A DNA stretch of 64,000 nt, from assembly GCA_001600815.1 (NCBI GenBank), contig BCKZ01000024.1:62001-126000 (forward strand), given 5' to 3'. The position numbers were made by a program, and so were the translations under genes. Numbering within the stretch: position 1 is the first letter of the stretch; each line of letters starts with the position of its first letter. This DNA comes from Alloascoidea hylecoeti. Taxonomy: Eukaryota. Below the pieces are notes generated by a model that did not search any database, was not told the DNA's origin, and worked only from the letters and a program-made list of their open reading frames with translations. Below, piece after piece: positions 34,064 through 45,618 of the stretch.

Positions 34064-35770
34064 ATGCTCAGAGGGCCTCCAACTTCTTCTCTTCTTCACA
34101 GCAAACGATGTTGGCACTTGAGGCCTTTCTCTACTTCTTTCAGCCCGTTTAATGCAACCTCATCCTCAAAAAAAGATTTGGAAAAAAATCCCGCTCCCTC
34201 TGGGAATGTTAATACTACTCATCCGGCTGCAGTAACCTCTACAATTACTGCAAAGGACCTTATTTCATCCCGTCTTGATAAACTCAAGGGAAACACCGAT
34301 GGATATCCGCAATCTCACTTGTTCCAGCCAGCTGCGGCACAAGGCCCTTTATCTCCTATGAGACGTTCTTCAACTTGGATAGAAGCTTTATCGGCTCGTA
34401 GAGAACAATTGAAAGAAGGGAAGGTGCTGGACTCTTACAGGTTCACCAATGTTACTTCCGAAACACATCCTCAAATTTTGGAAAAAACAAGAGGTGACTC
34501 CTTTTCTTATGTCATTTTATCTTTCAAAGATGATCCTTGGTTACTTGACGCATACATCAATTCAACCGGCCGTTTAAGAATTGGCCAATTGTTCCAGGAT
34601 TTGGATGCATTAGCCGGTGTCATCAGTTATAAACATTGTGCTCCGGCCGAACCAATGTTGGTGACGGCCTCAGTTGATCGTGTGTTTATGCTGAAACGTC
34701 TTGATAATCTAGTTACAGAAAATGTGGTTCTTGCAGGATCTGTCACATGGACCGGCAGGTCATCAATGGAGGTGTCAATTAAAGCAATATCAACTACTGA
34801 AGAGTTACCCGAGAAAATCACCGAAAATATAATTGATGAAAATGATGTCTTTTTAACATGTAATATGACTTTTGTAGCAAGAAATCCTGTCACTAGAAAA
34901 TCTTATCCTGTTAATAAACTTTTACCTATTACTGAAAAAGATTGGATTGATTTTAGACATTCAGAATCATATAATGCTGCTAAAAAATTAAACGCTTCAA
35001 AAATGGATTTACAAAAACAACCTCCAACTGCTTTTGAAGCAAAATTAATTCATGATCTTTGGTGTCAAGAAGATAAATTTGAACCATCAAGAAAAGATTC
35101 AACTGTTAAATCTTTAACAAGACCAAGATCTTTAATCAATGTTTCTGAATCAAAAATATCTTCAACAATGATTATGCAACCTCAATATAGAAATTTACAT
35201 TCTTATATGATTTTTGGGGGTTATTTATTAAGACAAACTTTTGAATTGGCTTATGCTTGTGCCGCAGCTTTTAGTCATGCTTCTCCTAGATTTGTTTGTT
35301 TGGATACTACAACTTTTAAGAATCCCGTACCAGTTGGTTCTGTTTTATATATGACTGCTACTGTGGTTTATACAGAGCATATTCATCATACTGATTTACC
35401 TACTCAACATAAAGATGAATATTGGGATGAAAATAAATCAAATGAATATTTATCTAAACCAGGAACTTTAATCCAAATTACAGTTAATACCAATGTTCGT
35501 GATTTAGAACATGGTACTTACACAAATACTGGTTTATTTGCTTATTCATTCTTTGTTTCAAAAGAGGATGTATTGAAAAGGAACGAAGCTTATATGGAAT
35601 CCAATCCAGATGCAAGACGTGATAATGAACTCAATGAGAAAGAAAATGGATATTTAAGTGTTATCCCACAGACTTATGGTGAAATGATAGATTGGCTAGA
35701 AGGTAGAAGAAGGGCAGAATCAAGTCAAACATACGCAAAAAGACACTTTGGTGCTATAATTACAGAGTGA
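34064..35770 (+). CDS. Double hotdog-fold acyl-CoA thioesterase (ACOT9-like), probably mitochondrial
   Basis: GRLRIGQLFQDLDALAG, VTASVDR, VTWTGRSSMEV and MQPQYRN..Y.IFGGYLLRQTFELA motifs; Arg/Ser-rich presequence from the ATG at 34064. Confidence 0.9.
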   Translation: MLRGPPTSSLLHSKRCWHLRPFSTSFSPFNATSSSKKDLEKNPAPSGNVNTTHPAAVTSTITAKDLISSRLDKLKGNTDGYPQSHLFQPAAAQGPLSPMRRSSTWIEALSARREQLKEGKVLDSYRFTNVTSETHPQILEKTRGDSFSYVILSFKDDPWLLDAYINSTGRLRIGQLFQDLDALAGVISYKHCAPAEPMLVTASVDRVFMLKRLDNLVTENVVLAGSVTWTGRSSMEVSIKAISTTEELPEKITENIIDENDVFLTCNMTFVARNPVTRKSYPVNKLLPITEKDWIDFRHSESYNAAKKLNASKMDLQKQPPTAFEAKLIHDLWCQEDKFEPSRKDSTVKSLTRPRSLINVSESKISSTMIMQPQYRNLHSYMIFGGYLLRQTFELAYACAAAFSHASPRFVCLDTTTFKNPVPVGSVLYMTATVVYTEHIHHTDLPTQHKDEYWDENKSNEYLSKPGTLIQITVNTNVRDLEHGTYTNTGLFAYSFFVSKEDVLKRNEAYMESNPDARRDNELNEKENGYLSVIPQTYGEMIDWLEGRRRAESSQTYAKRHFGAIITE

Positions 35771-35882
35771 GCAAACTATATTCTCTGGATCTGTTTTTTA
35801 GTACCTCTCATTTAGATTCATTCCATCCAATTTACATAATATAGATTTATTTTATTGATATTCAACTACAATTTGCTTATAG

Positions 35883-35928
35883 AGATTTTAACATACATAT
35901 ATAGATTTTAACATACATATATAGATTT
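35883..35928 (+). repeat. 20-bp tandem repeat (AGATTTTAACATACATATAT) in a convergent terminator region
   Basis: Two full copies plus a partial third. Confidence 0.8.
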
Positions 35929-35969
35929 ATATATACATTTGATATTTAAACATTAATATATTTTTTCAT

Positions 35970-37035
35970 TTAAAATTTAGGTAAGAACCATATAAAGAAT
36001 AACGATATTAAAACACTTATCACCATAAAAGCAACAGCTTTAATAAGAAACATCCAACCAATTTTAACACCATTTTTTCCAGTATTATATATTTTTAACC
36101 TTGATCCAATTGAAGTCACTTTATTTGCTGATTGATCTAAAGCTTTTTCAGTTGCACCAAGAACATCATTATCTCGGGCCATAGCTTCATTAAAAGTCAT
36201 TGCATTTTGTCTTAAATTAGAAGCCATATGAACTAATGAACTAGTATATTCATCATGTAACTTTTGATGATAATTTAGTTTTTCATCTGTTGTAACGCCT
36301 GTTGCTTTTGCTTCTGATCCACCAAATAGTTCATTTCGTTTGTCTTGATGTGATAAGTTTGATATCCTATTTCGTAATTGTGAGATTCGTTCCTCATTAT
36401 TGATTTGTGGTCCTTGAGGATTTGAATTTAAATCAGATGATTCTGCAATCGGTGTTAATGTAGAAAAGGTATTTCTAGTATTTTCATCAAGTTGCCTTTG
36501 TTCTTCTTTTTTAAATTCCAAAAGATATTGATTATAGCTAAATGAAATATCTCTCACTTTCTATAAATGCTTGTAAGTAAAAAATATTTTATTTTTTCCG
36601 TATTAATATAAATCTGATACATACCGAACTTATATAATGAAGCCTATCTGCTGTTTTTTTATATTGATCTTTAGTCTTGGAATTGCCTTTTTGGGGTAGT
36701 AATTGACGTCTTATAAATTCTAGGTTCTAAATTTATAATTGGTTTACTTTTTTAGTAACATACACTTCATGAATGTTATCTTCATATTAATACAAAATAA
36801 AACTTACCTTCTGAAGTTTTATTACCTCTAAATTTGTCATAAAAACTTGGACTTCTTCCTCATCACTAACATTAATGTTAGACTTGTTTTCGTTGTCATC
36901 TTTTGTCCATATTAAACGTTGTGATTTATTGCCGATTAATGATTCAGAAGGATTATTCTTAATGAGATTTTCAATTTGTATTTCAGTATTTGATATGAAT
37001 GCACCGATTTGTGGTATATTAAGTTGAAGTGACAT
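35970..37035 (-). CDS. USE1: ER SNARE Use1-like protein; exons 37035-36808, 36726-36625, 36560-35970
   Basis: Spliced LQK|NLEFIRRQLL; RNELFG; SNARE coil HQKLHDEYTSSLVHMASNLRQNA..F...M..D..VL; C-terminal transmembrane segment ending LPKF. Confidence 0.8.
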
Positions 37036-37120
37036 TTTATAATGGTTAAGACTGGAATTGATGTATTTCCTTCATGAGTACTTGCAACCATATTAACACG
37101 TGATCTAGATGATCCACCAA

Positions 37121-37142
37121 GTGGCTGAAATTAAGTGGAATG
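37121..37142 (-). repeat. Solo copy of the TIR motif
   Basis: GTGGCTGAAATTAAGTGGAATG is the reverse complement of the 4740-4761 motif with 2 mismatches. Confidence 0.55.
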
Positions 37143-37618
37143 TCATACCAGACTCGAATCTTAAGTATGTAATTTAGAAGATGTAGTTTTTCAGTTTATC
37201 ATGTGTATCATAATTTCCATCCTGGAAGTGATATACATGTATACTTAATTATATATAGAGATGATGCGAGTTATTTATTATTAATTCTATCCCATTCAAG
37301 TAAGACATTGATATCTTTTGAAGATTAATATTGTATCTTAGTTCTGATCTTTTCATTGACTACCATCTACTGGTATGTAGTTATTATAAATATATGAAGA
37401 TGTTAATATTTACATTACTTCTTGAATATATTTATGACTTTCCGTTGCACACCTAGTTGGCTACCCATGGCCATTAATTATAGTTAAAGATGGCAAAAAT
37501 AGGCACTTTTTCTAACCTTCTATAATTTGTAAGAAATAAATATACGCTATTAATATTATATTAAAAATGATATAAATAAAATATAAAATAAATGTTAAAT
37601 ACCGTTTAGGTTTGTCCG

Positions 37619-39783
37619 TTATCCCCTTATTGTTTCATTGTCATTCCCCAAAAGTTCAGCTACAACATTATCATCATCATTATTAATGTTATTACTATTT
37701 GTTTCTCGTAGTGGTACACTCGAATACATTTCAGGTTCATCACCGATATTCAATGTATCTCTAGCAAGATGTCTTATATTTTTCACTCCTTTCCACCTCA
37801 ACATACCATCTAGAAATGATTTAAGAAGACCTGGATTATCGTCATTTGTATTATTACGGTAATCGTATTCATAGTCCAAGTCATTTAAATCAGACTCTAG
37901 ATCATCCAATGTTGGGTCCCATGTAACTTTCTTTCTTGCCTTATCATCTGAAAGCAACACATTACGTTTGTAGATAAAGATGTACCCACATACAAATACA
38001 ATAATGACAACTATCAGAGAAATTGTACCTGTGGTTTTGTTAACATAAGAATGTTCACTGGCATTTTTGGCTCCCTTGTGATTCGAATGACTGCTTGTAT
38101 TAAGTTTGTTTGTATTGTTATTTTCACTTAATGTACCATTTATAGCATCCAAAACTTCTTTAGGTTCTACAAAGGATAACGTGCTATTGATACCCACAAA
38201 ATATTCCATCATAGCGGTTGTAACCCTGACATTGTCAAATGGGACCATATGACTAGTGTTATAAATCAACGCATACGATAAATTTCTTTCTTCTTGCCAG
38301 GTACCACTGGGAAGACCATATTGCTTTCCTGCTGACCACCATTGGTTAGATTCAATTCCATTGGTAAAACCCTTCTGCCCATTCCAGGTCAAATCATTAA
38401 TTAACCATTCGTTTCCTAAATGGTTACAGATAATATCTTTATTACCATTAAACAATAAGACTGGAATTTTTTCTAATAAATAAGGAAATAAATCAATCGC
38501 GGGTGCGGAGTTCTTAGCAGTAAACTTTTTACCAGCTAAATAATCGCACTCATTCCAGTCATGTTGGTATTTCGCATCAATGTTTAATGCTGTTTGAACA
38601 TCGTTTCTACTCAAGTAGGGTGTGACGTATTCAAGATCAGGAGGCCAATTCATACCACAAGAAGGATATGAATCCCATAACCTATAATCATAAACATTTA
38701 AGCATGATTTTATTTCATTTGGATCTTCAGTTCCATCTTTCTGAGCAGAGGCAAAAATTAAGACTTGGTTAAGAAGGGCATCACACTCTGGATATGAAAC
38801 ATGTTTTTTATGATCTTTTGTAATGGCTGATCTACATTCTGATGCCCGATCCTGCAATGCTTGAACAACATCTGTAGTAGACTTCACTAGCCCTTCATTA
38901 AAGGCAAAAGGAACATAAGACATTGATTGCTGCAACGGATCGATCCAGCCATTTCCAATCATTAAACCCTTTAAATTAAAAATATAGAGGGGATTGCTTT
39001 TGTCGGTGCCCTCCTTTTTTTTCGAAAGCTGTTCATTGCGTTTAAGAATAGAATCCGCAATATAAGGAATGTACTGCCCAGCATATGATTCTCCAGCAAA
39101 ATAAAGGTCATGGGTTAAAGTGTCGGGGAACAATGTAAAATATTTATCTAAAAATGTTAACATCTCAGCAGCCATCTAAAAAAAAGGAGTTAATATTATT
39201 AATAAAACGTCATGCGAGAAACTGAGACAAAAGGGGATATGCATACCTCTGGTAATTCATGAATATAACCACTCTTATCTGTTCTACTTAATCCAGTCCC
39301 AGCTGGTTGATCGATATAAATGACATTCACACTTTCATGCCATGCCCCATGGTTTATTTCAGGACCATTCTTTCCTACTCGGAAGGGACCAATTTCCATC
39401 AGAGCTCCATCCATGGAAGAACACCCAGGGCCTCCATTTAGCCAAATAACCGTTTTATTATTTCCATTTATTTTCACTCCATTTTCGTTATATGTACCGT
39501 TTTGACCTTCATTATTATAAATAACATTGTCTGTCTTCACAGTCCAAAAAAATAAATCCGTATTAGTTGACTCGTGGACAGTAATGTAACCAGCATACAT
39601 CTCGGGCAAGACATCACTGTCAATTAGGGGTAGGGATTTGACACGATAATCTTCGGCAGTTTTGGGGATGGGTTTAGAACCTCGAGGCAGAAGAGCATTA
39701 AAAGTCATTTCAGTTATGGGCAATGCCTGTGACAGCAGTGGCCAAAACAGAAACGCAAAAGCTGTTTGGCGGAGTCCCCTCAT
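37619..39783 (-). CDS. KEX1: Pheromone-processing serine carboxypeptidase; intron 39246-39176
   Basis: Signal peptide; WLNGGPGCSSMDG, GESYAGQYIP, DSYPSCGMNWPPDL, DIICN and SHMVPFD motifs; transmembrane helix and acidic tail. Confidence 0.93.
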
Positions 39784-40053
39784 TAGACAAATAGCAATGT
39801 ATCTAATATACAGGAGAGGAAGGACAAAACAAAAGGAATAAATATGATGAAAAATGCAGTTTTCAGCCTCTACAATTTAAAGCCTTGCAGATGTTATAAG
39901 GCAGACGGCCCAAAAAACTCGGGGTGTTCGGGTGATTAAATTTCATTAAAACAGTAATTATAAAGCATAATATTTATTATTTACCACAATAACCTCAAAG
40001 ATGATAATAGTAATCAAGTTTTATAGCCAAATCAGATTGTGCCACTCACAAAA

Positions 40054-41214
40054 TTAGTTCAGGAGAAAATGAGACCACATTTGGTTCTGTTGAACTTCTA
40101 TATTATCTGGTCTAGTAATAGATAATTCAGTGTTAGCCATATTAGAGGCAGACTCGTCGTTTTTGAGAGTGGATTCATCATTTTTGAGAGTGGATTCATC
40201 ATTTTTGAGAGTGGACTCATCATTTTTGAAAGTTGACAATGTTGATTCTACCACATTATGTTGGAACTCCACATCAACATCAACATCACCAAGAGGTTTT
40301 TTTTGGATATTATAGTTATGAACCACATCAGCTAAATCAATACTTGAACCATCTTCAGTGTATGGCCTACTTTGAATAATTTGATCAGGTGGCGTAAAAG
40401 GGATAGCAATAGTTTTAGATGAAGGTCTGAACTCGCATTCAGGTATACACTCAAATTTAGATGTCGGTATTTGCCATTCGTTTCCAATGATATTCACTTG
40501 TGGATTAACTTCTCTCCCTGCTTTTGGTTTTGATGTTATACTATCTGCTTGGGGAATTGGAGTTTTAGTGATATCGTTCTCCTTTAAATAATCAAATGTA
40601 TCAAATTTCATTAGCTTAACTTTTGCTTGAGTTTGAAGCTTTTTGGTTTTATAATCAATATCCGACTTGGGTAAAGCTTTAATAAAGATATCACAATCAG
40701 ATAGTTCTTTATCCAGCCATATATTACCAGCCTCTTCGCTAGTAGTTGTATTGCTTTTCATAATTCTCTCCAACTCTTCTGAGAAAATATTATGCTTCAC
40801 AGTTTCTTCATTCCCTTCAATTTCACAGGGTCGGATACATTCCAAGCTAAAGGATAAATCGTCTTCTAGTCTGGTATTTTCACCTAAAATAGATGGTTCA
40901 TACTTCCTTAATTTGCTTTGATTCTGTAGGATATTATCATTCATTAGCATAGAATTTACCCTCATGTTTTTTGACTCTTGATTTCTGATTAGTTTCTTTT
41001 CATATTGCAGTTTTCCACTTTCAGTAGATGACGGTATAGTAATTGAAGAAACATTAGTGGTGTTTTCTCTATCTGATTGGATTTCGGATGAATTTGGTGT
41101 TCCTATTTTTCTTTTCTTATTATTTGTGGTATCCTTTCTCATTTGAATCTGGCGCTTCTTCTGTGCAGTGGCAATTGAAGTTCTTTTCTGTCTCCTTCCA
41201 CCTGTATAATTCAT
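40054..41214 (-). CDS. Uncharacterised, largely disordered protein starting MNYTGGR
   Basis: A 386-codon ORF from the ATG at 41214, with NLS-like basic clusters. Confidence 0.75.
   Translation of the reverse strand: MNYTGGRRQKRTSIATAQKKRQIQMRKDTTNNKKRKIGTPNSSEIQSDRENTTNVSSITIPSSTESGKLQYEKKLIRNQESKNMRVNSMLMNDNILQNQSKLRKYEPSILGENTRLEDDLSFSLECIRPCEIEGNEETVKHNIFSEELERIMKSNTTTSEEAGNIWLDKELSDCDIFIKALPKSDIDYKTKKLQTQAKVKLMKFDTFDYLKENDITKTPIPQADSITSKPKAGREVNPQVNIIGNEWQIPTSKFECIPECEFRPSSKTIAIPFTPPDQIIQSRPYTEDGSSIDLADVVHNYNIQKKPLGDVDVDVEFQHNVVESTLSTFKNDESTLKNDESTLKNDESTLKNDESASNMANTELSITRPDNIEVQQNQMWSHFLLN
40151..40234 (-). repeat. 21-bp coding minisatellite, four copies (STLKNDE)
   Basis: GA(C/T)TC(A/G)TC(A/G)TTTTTGAGAGTG units. 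Confidence 0.92.
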
Positions 41215-41370
41215 TGTATTCAAAAAAATTCAATCCTAAAAGATATATCCTAGAATTATAAAACGGTTGTAGATATTGATGGTGGATTATGTATTGGTGA
41301 AGGGTTGTGTAAAAAGCAACGCTTTTTTACATTCGTCTCATAAATTTATAATTATAGTAGAGAATTAAAG

Positions 41371-41798
41371 ATGGGATTATTTTCTTCTACACCAGAGAAA
41401 GCTAAACCAGATCCAACAAAAAGGTCGAACAGAAAACTTTGTTGGGAAGCAAGAGATGATTTCTTTCAATGTTTAGATAAAATAAATGTTGATGACCCAC
41501 GAGTTGATTCAAAGAGTGATGAAGGAAAAAAAATTAAACAAAATTGTGGTAATTTTGAACAAAAATATGAAGATAATTGCATTGAGAGTTGGGTATGTGT
41601 TAAATTAATTCATATTTGAGAAGTTCAAGTCTCAAATCATTCTTAAAGAAATTATTTAGATAAATCTCCTAACACTTTTTTCTCTTTTAGGTTGCCTATT
41701 TCAAAGAAAAACGTGTCTACGACCTCCTCAAAGCCAGAAAAATTGCCAAATGGGAGTCGGAAGGAGTTGCAGACATAAATACCGCTGTCAAGAAATGA
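41371..41798 (+). CDS. COA6: Cytochrome c oxidase assembly factor 6; exons 41371-41592, 41691-41798
   Basis: RKLCWEARDDFFQCLD...C..........CIESW|VAYFKEKR twin-Cys motif. Confidence 0.9.
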
Positions 41799-42136
41799 GT
41801 ATATCATATTTTTTGTTTAATAATGCCTTATGAAGGTGTAAATATAAATTTCACAGTGTTTTGAATCTGTGTGCTTTATTGCCCTATTGTGTATATAGTT
41901 AAAACATTTTTCAATTGCAATTAGTAATTATATTTATTATGTATTTCATCTCTATAATTGTATTGATGAAAATATATGAAGTTTGTGCTTTACTAATCGG
42001 AACTGGCTCATACCTGGTTGGCTCTTCTCCACACGGTAAGGTTGTAAACGATAAGCTCATGTCAAATTTATAAGACTCCGCAATCTTATATTTCATTCTT
42101 TTCTGTATCTAAAAGTATACTACAAATAAATTTTAC

Positions 42137-43363
42137 ATGAACGTATTAAAGCAAGCTAGATTTGGATCACAATCTTTCCATCTTTTTAAGATATCTAGAT
42201 TCCTAAATAGAAGATACATCAACTTACTAATACAACGAGCCGAAGATGAATCTTCAACAACTTTTCACGACCAACAATTAAAAATCTCACCCGGTAAGGA
42301 AAGGCCTAGAAGTATTGACCCTGATATTAATGTCATCAAATGGAGAAACATAAAGAATGCAAAACCCTTTTCAAAGTTTCTAACGGATAACTTCAATAGA
42401 CAACATGATTATTTACGGATATCAATCACCGAACGGTGTAATCTTCGATGTCAATACTGTATGCCAGAAGAAGGAATCGACTTATCACCACCATCCCACA
42501 TCTTATCAAAAGATGAAATTTTATACATTGCAAAGCTTTTCGTTTCACAGGGGGTTACCAAAATACGATTAACTGGAGGAGAACCTACCGTGAGAAAAGA
42601 TTTACTTGAAATAATGGCAGGTCTAAATGAACTACGACAGCTGGGTTTAAAAGATATATGTATAACGACAAATGCTATTTCCTTACATCGAAAACTTCCG
42701 GCTTTGAAAGAATATGGTCTCACTGCCGTAAATATAAGTCTTGATACCTTAATTGATGGGAAATACACACTTATTACAAGACGAAATGGTCTTAATGCTG
42801 TTTTACGATCTATTGATACTGCTATATCAATTGGAATTAAGAATGTCAAAATTAATGTCGTTGTTATGAGAAATTTCAACGAAGATGAGATTTTAAATTT
42901 TGTTGAAATGACAAAAGATAAACCCTTAGAAATTCGGTTTATTGAATACATGCCTTTTGATGGGAATAAATGGACAGATCGTAAAATGTTCACGTTTAAT
43001 GAAATGATGGATATTATTAAGGCAAAACATCCACATATTTATAATATGCCACATAAACATGGGGATACTTCGAAAACTTATAGAATACCAGAACACATGG
43101 GTAAAATAGGATTCATTACATCTATGACTTCTCATTTTTGTAGTACTTGCACAAGATTAAGAATCACTAGTGATGGAAATTTAAAGGTTTGTCTATTTGG
43201 AGCTAATGAGGTCTCTTTACGAGATCTAATAAGAGCCAATTGCAAAGAAGATGACTTGTTACATATCATTGGAGTAGCTGTTAAGGGGAAAAAAGAGAAG
43301 CATGCTGGAATCGGAGAACTTGAAAAAATGAAGAATCGGCCCATGATCTTGATCGGTGGTTAG
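42137..43363 (+). CDS. MOCS1: GTP 3',8-cyclase (MoaA/MOCS1A), radical SAM enzyme of molybdenum cofactor synthesis
   Basis: YLRISITERCNLRCQYCMP, RLTGGEP, RFIEYMPF and FCSTCTRLR...KVC motifs; essential C-terminal PMILIGG. Confidence 0.96.
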   Translation: MNVLKQARFGSQSFHLFKISRFLNRRYINLLIQRAEDESSTTFHDQQLKISPGKERPRSIDPDINVIKWRNIKNAKPFSKFLTDNFNRQHDYLRISITERCNLRCQYCMPEEGIDLSPPSHILSKDEILYIAKLFVSQGVTKIRLTGGEPTVRKDLLEIMAGLNELRQLGLKDICITTNAISLHRKLPALKEYGLTAVNISLDTLIDGKYTLITRRNGLNAVLRSIDTAISIGIKNVKINVVVMRNFNEDEILNFVEMTKDKPLEIRFIEYMPFDGNKWTDRKMFTFNEMMDIIKAKHPHIYNMPHKHGDTSKTYRIPEHMGKIGFITSMTSHFCSTCTRLRITSDGNLKVCLFGANEVSLRDLIRANCKEDDLLHIIGVAVKGKKEKHAGIGELEKMKNRPMILIGG

Positions 43364-43425
43364 ATAATCCGATAAAACTTGCCCGAATTTTAAAAAATTC
43401 ATCATCCAAAATATTTGTTAAAAAT

Positions 43426-44025
43426 ATGAAATATAGACTCTTATTACTATCAGGACAATCTGTGAAGAATAGTGTTAGATCCTTCACATCATGTATGATC
43501 CATAATAGTATTAATAATAAGTATAATAAATTTGCAAAATTGACACATGTAACAGAGGATGGATCAGCACATATGGTGGACATTCATAAAAAAGAGATTA
43601 CACACCGAACAGCAACAGCCAAAGGATTTATTCATTTCAGTAACCCCGTAGTATCCAATCTCATCAATTCTAACACAATGAAAAAAGGTGATGTGCTTGG
43701 AGTTGCTTGGAGTTGCTCGAACTGCTGGAATAATGGCAGTTAAGAAGACATTAAGTATAATTCCTCTCATCCTATCCCGGTAACCAAAACTACAAACGAC
43801 CTAATCGTTTCCAAATACAATAGAGTCATATCCACATGCACAGTTGAATGTGATGGAAAGACTGGAGTTGAAATGGAAGCAATAATGGGCGTTTTATCAT
43901 CTCTGGCAACGGTTTATGACATGTGTAAAGGAGTTGATAAGCAAATGGTGATAAGCGACGTTAAAGTTTTAAAAAAAGCTGGAGGAAGAAGTGGTGATTT
44001 TGACTTTAAAAGAACAATCAATTAA
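43426..44025 (+). pseudogene. cPMP synthase (MoaC/MOCS1B) disrupted by a 10-nt duplication and an apparent 4-nt deletion
   Basis: LTHV...G.AHMVD and KKGDVL are in the starting frame; ARTAGIMAVKKT..IIPL is in a shifted frame; TAA at 43741; then GKTGVEMEA, YDMCK.VD and K.GGRSG return to the original frame. Confidence 0.85.
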
Positions 44026-44807
44026 TATAAACGTATATTATTACTATATCGCTTTTTAAGATTAATTTCGTTGGGGTTGTTTAATGTATTTTAGAGACTT
44101 CTAGGTGTACTAACTTATAATTAATAAGGTGAACCTTTCGTGAGAAAAAGATAACCATCACTGTTTTATTTGACATTGATCACTGTTTCTCACTCTGATA
44201 AATTTGCGCGTCCTAATAAGTATTTTTTTTAGATTTTACTATATGCCTATAAGTCTTAATTTTTTTATATCTGATTGGGTTATTAGGAGGGAAATCCGAC
44301 TAAATATGGACGAAGAACGTGTATTTGCTCAACATGTGTAGGTTTCTCCCAGTCTCTGGGCATTTTCAGAGGCACTAGGCGCAACTAGACAGACACGAAA
44401 TATCTCAATATTGCAATTGTCCTCAGTTAATATTGCATTGTGATAATATTAGATTAGTTTTACAGTTTCCTACAGTATCCCATAGATAAGGATTGGTTGG
44501 TGGTTGGCGGGAAGTGATTATAACTGGTTTTTCACTTCTTTCTGTTAGGCACAAAATGTAGATAACTGTGATTCATTTATGGGATGTAGCCCCAGTTTCG
44601 CAATCCGTCTAAAGTTACCCTCATTACCGGTAATCACACTTAGCGTTTAGGTCAAGCCCCAATTCATCTGCTCACTTTATATCTTTCTAAGGCCCAAAAT
44701 AAATACTATCATTATGATCATCAGATTGAAAGCTTTTGTTAATATGTATATATAGTTATAGTATCTTACGTATATTTATATGGTAAATATCTACATATGT
44801 TAACATA

Positions 44808-44820
44808 AAACCCATACACC
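44808..44820 (+). promoter_or_regulatory. Rap1-like site upstream of a ribosomal protein gene
   Basis: AAACCCATACACC, about 125 bp upstream of the RPL28 ATG. Confidence 0.5.
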
Positions 44821-44944
44821 TAAATTGTGACTGCTTTTCGTAATAGTTCTGATATATACGTCGACATGGCCCGAAATATACACAGAGAAACACATTGAAA
44901 TACTCAAACACAATTCGTTTCATAAGGAATATCAACATATAGCA

Positions 44945-45618
44945 ATGCCAACAAGATTCACCAAAACAAGAAAACACAGAGGAAACGTTTCTGGTATGTT
45001 AGTGATTATATTTTTCAGAAATGAATGGTATTGGAGAGAAGTTTGGTATAATTGTCGATTGAGAAAAATACAACATAATTTCCAACAAATGTATATTTAA
45101 GATCATTTACTTAAAAGCTCATAAATTGATAGAACTATAACTCCAATCCAACGTTTTGACATTGACTAGATTATCGGTCTAAAAAAAACATATATGATAT
45201 ACTAACTTGTATTTTAGCTGGTTACGGTCGTATCGGTAAACACAGAAAGAGTCCTGGTGGTCGTGGTATGGCCGGTGGTCAACATCATCACAGGACAAAT
45301 CTTGATAAATACCATCCAGGTTACTTTGGTAAGGTTGGTATGAGATATTTCCACAAGCAAAAGAATCATTTCTGGAGACCAACTCTCAATCTCGACAAAT
45401 TATGGACTTTAGTTCCAGCAGAGTCCAGAGACAAATTTTTATCTGCTGCTTCTACATCCAATGCTCCAGTTATCGATACATTAGCTGCTGGTTATGGTAA
45501 AGTTTTAGGTAAAGGTAGACTTCCACAAGTTCCTGTTATTGTTAGAGCTAGATTTGTTTCCGAATTAGCTGAAAAGAAAATCAAGGCAGCAGGTGGAGTT
45601 ATTGAACTCATTGCTTAA
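44945..45618 (+). CDS. RPL28: 60S ribosomal protein uL15 (L28/L27a); exons 44945-44993, 45218-45618
   Basis: [42 protein letters not shown]...[32 protein letters not shown] intron. Confidence 0.98.

Noticed and set aside
43361..43425. Stop-codon readthrough fusing MoaA to MoaC
   Set aside because: A second in-frame stop follows three codons later (ATA ATC CGA TAA), and MoaC is in a different frame.
45218..45300. Cycloheximide-resistance allele of RPL28
   Set aside because: Gln38 is retained. The H28S and K19Y differences relative to S. cerevisiae have no significance that I can support.
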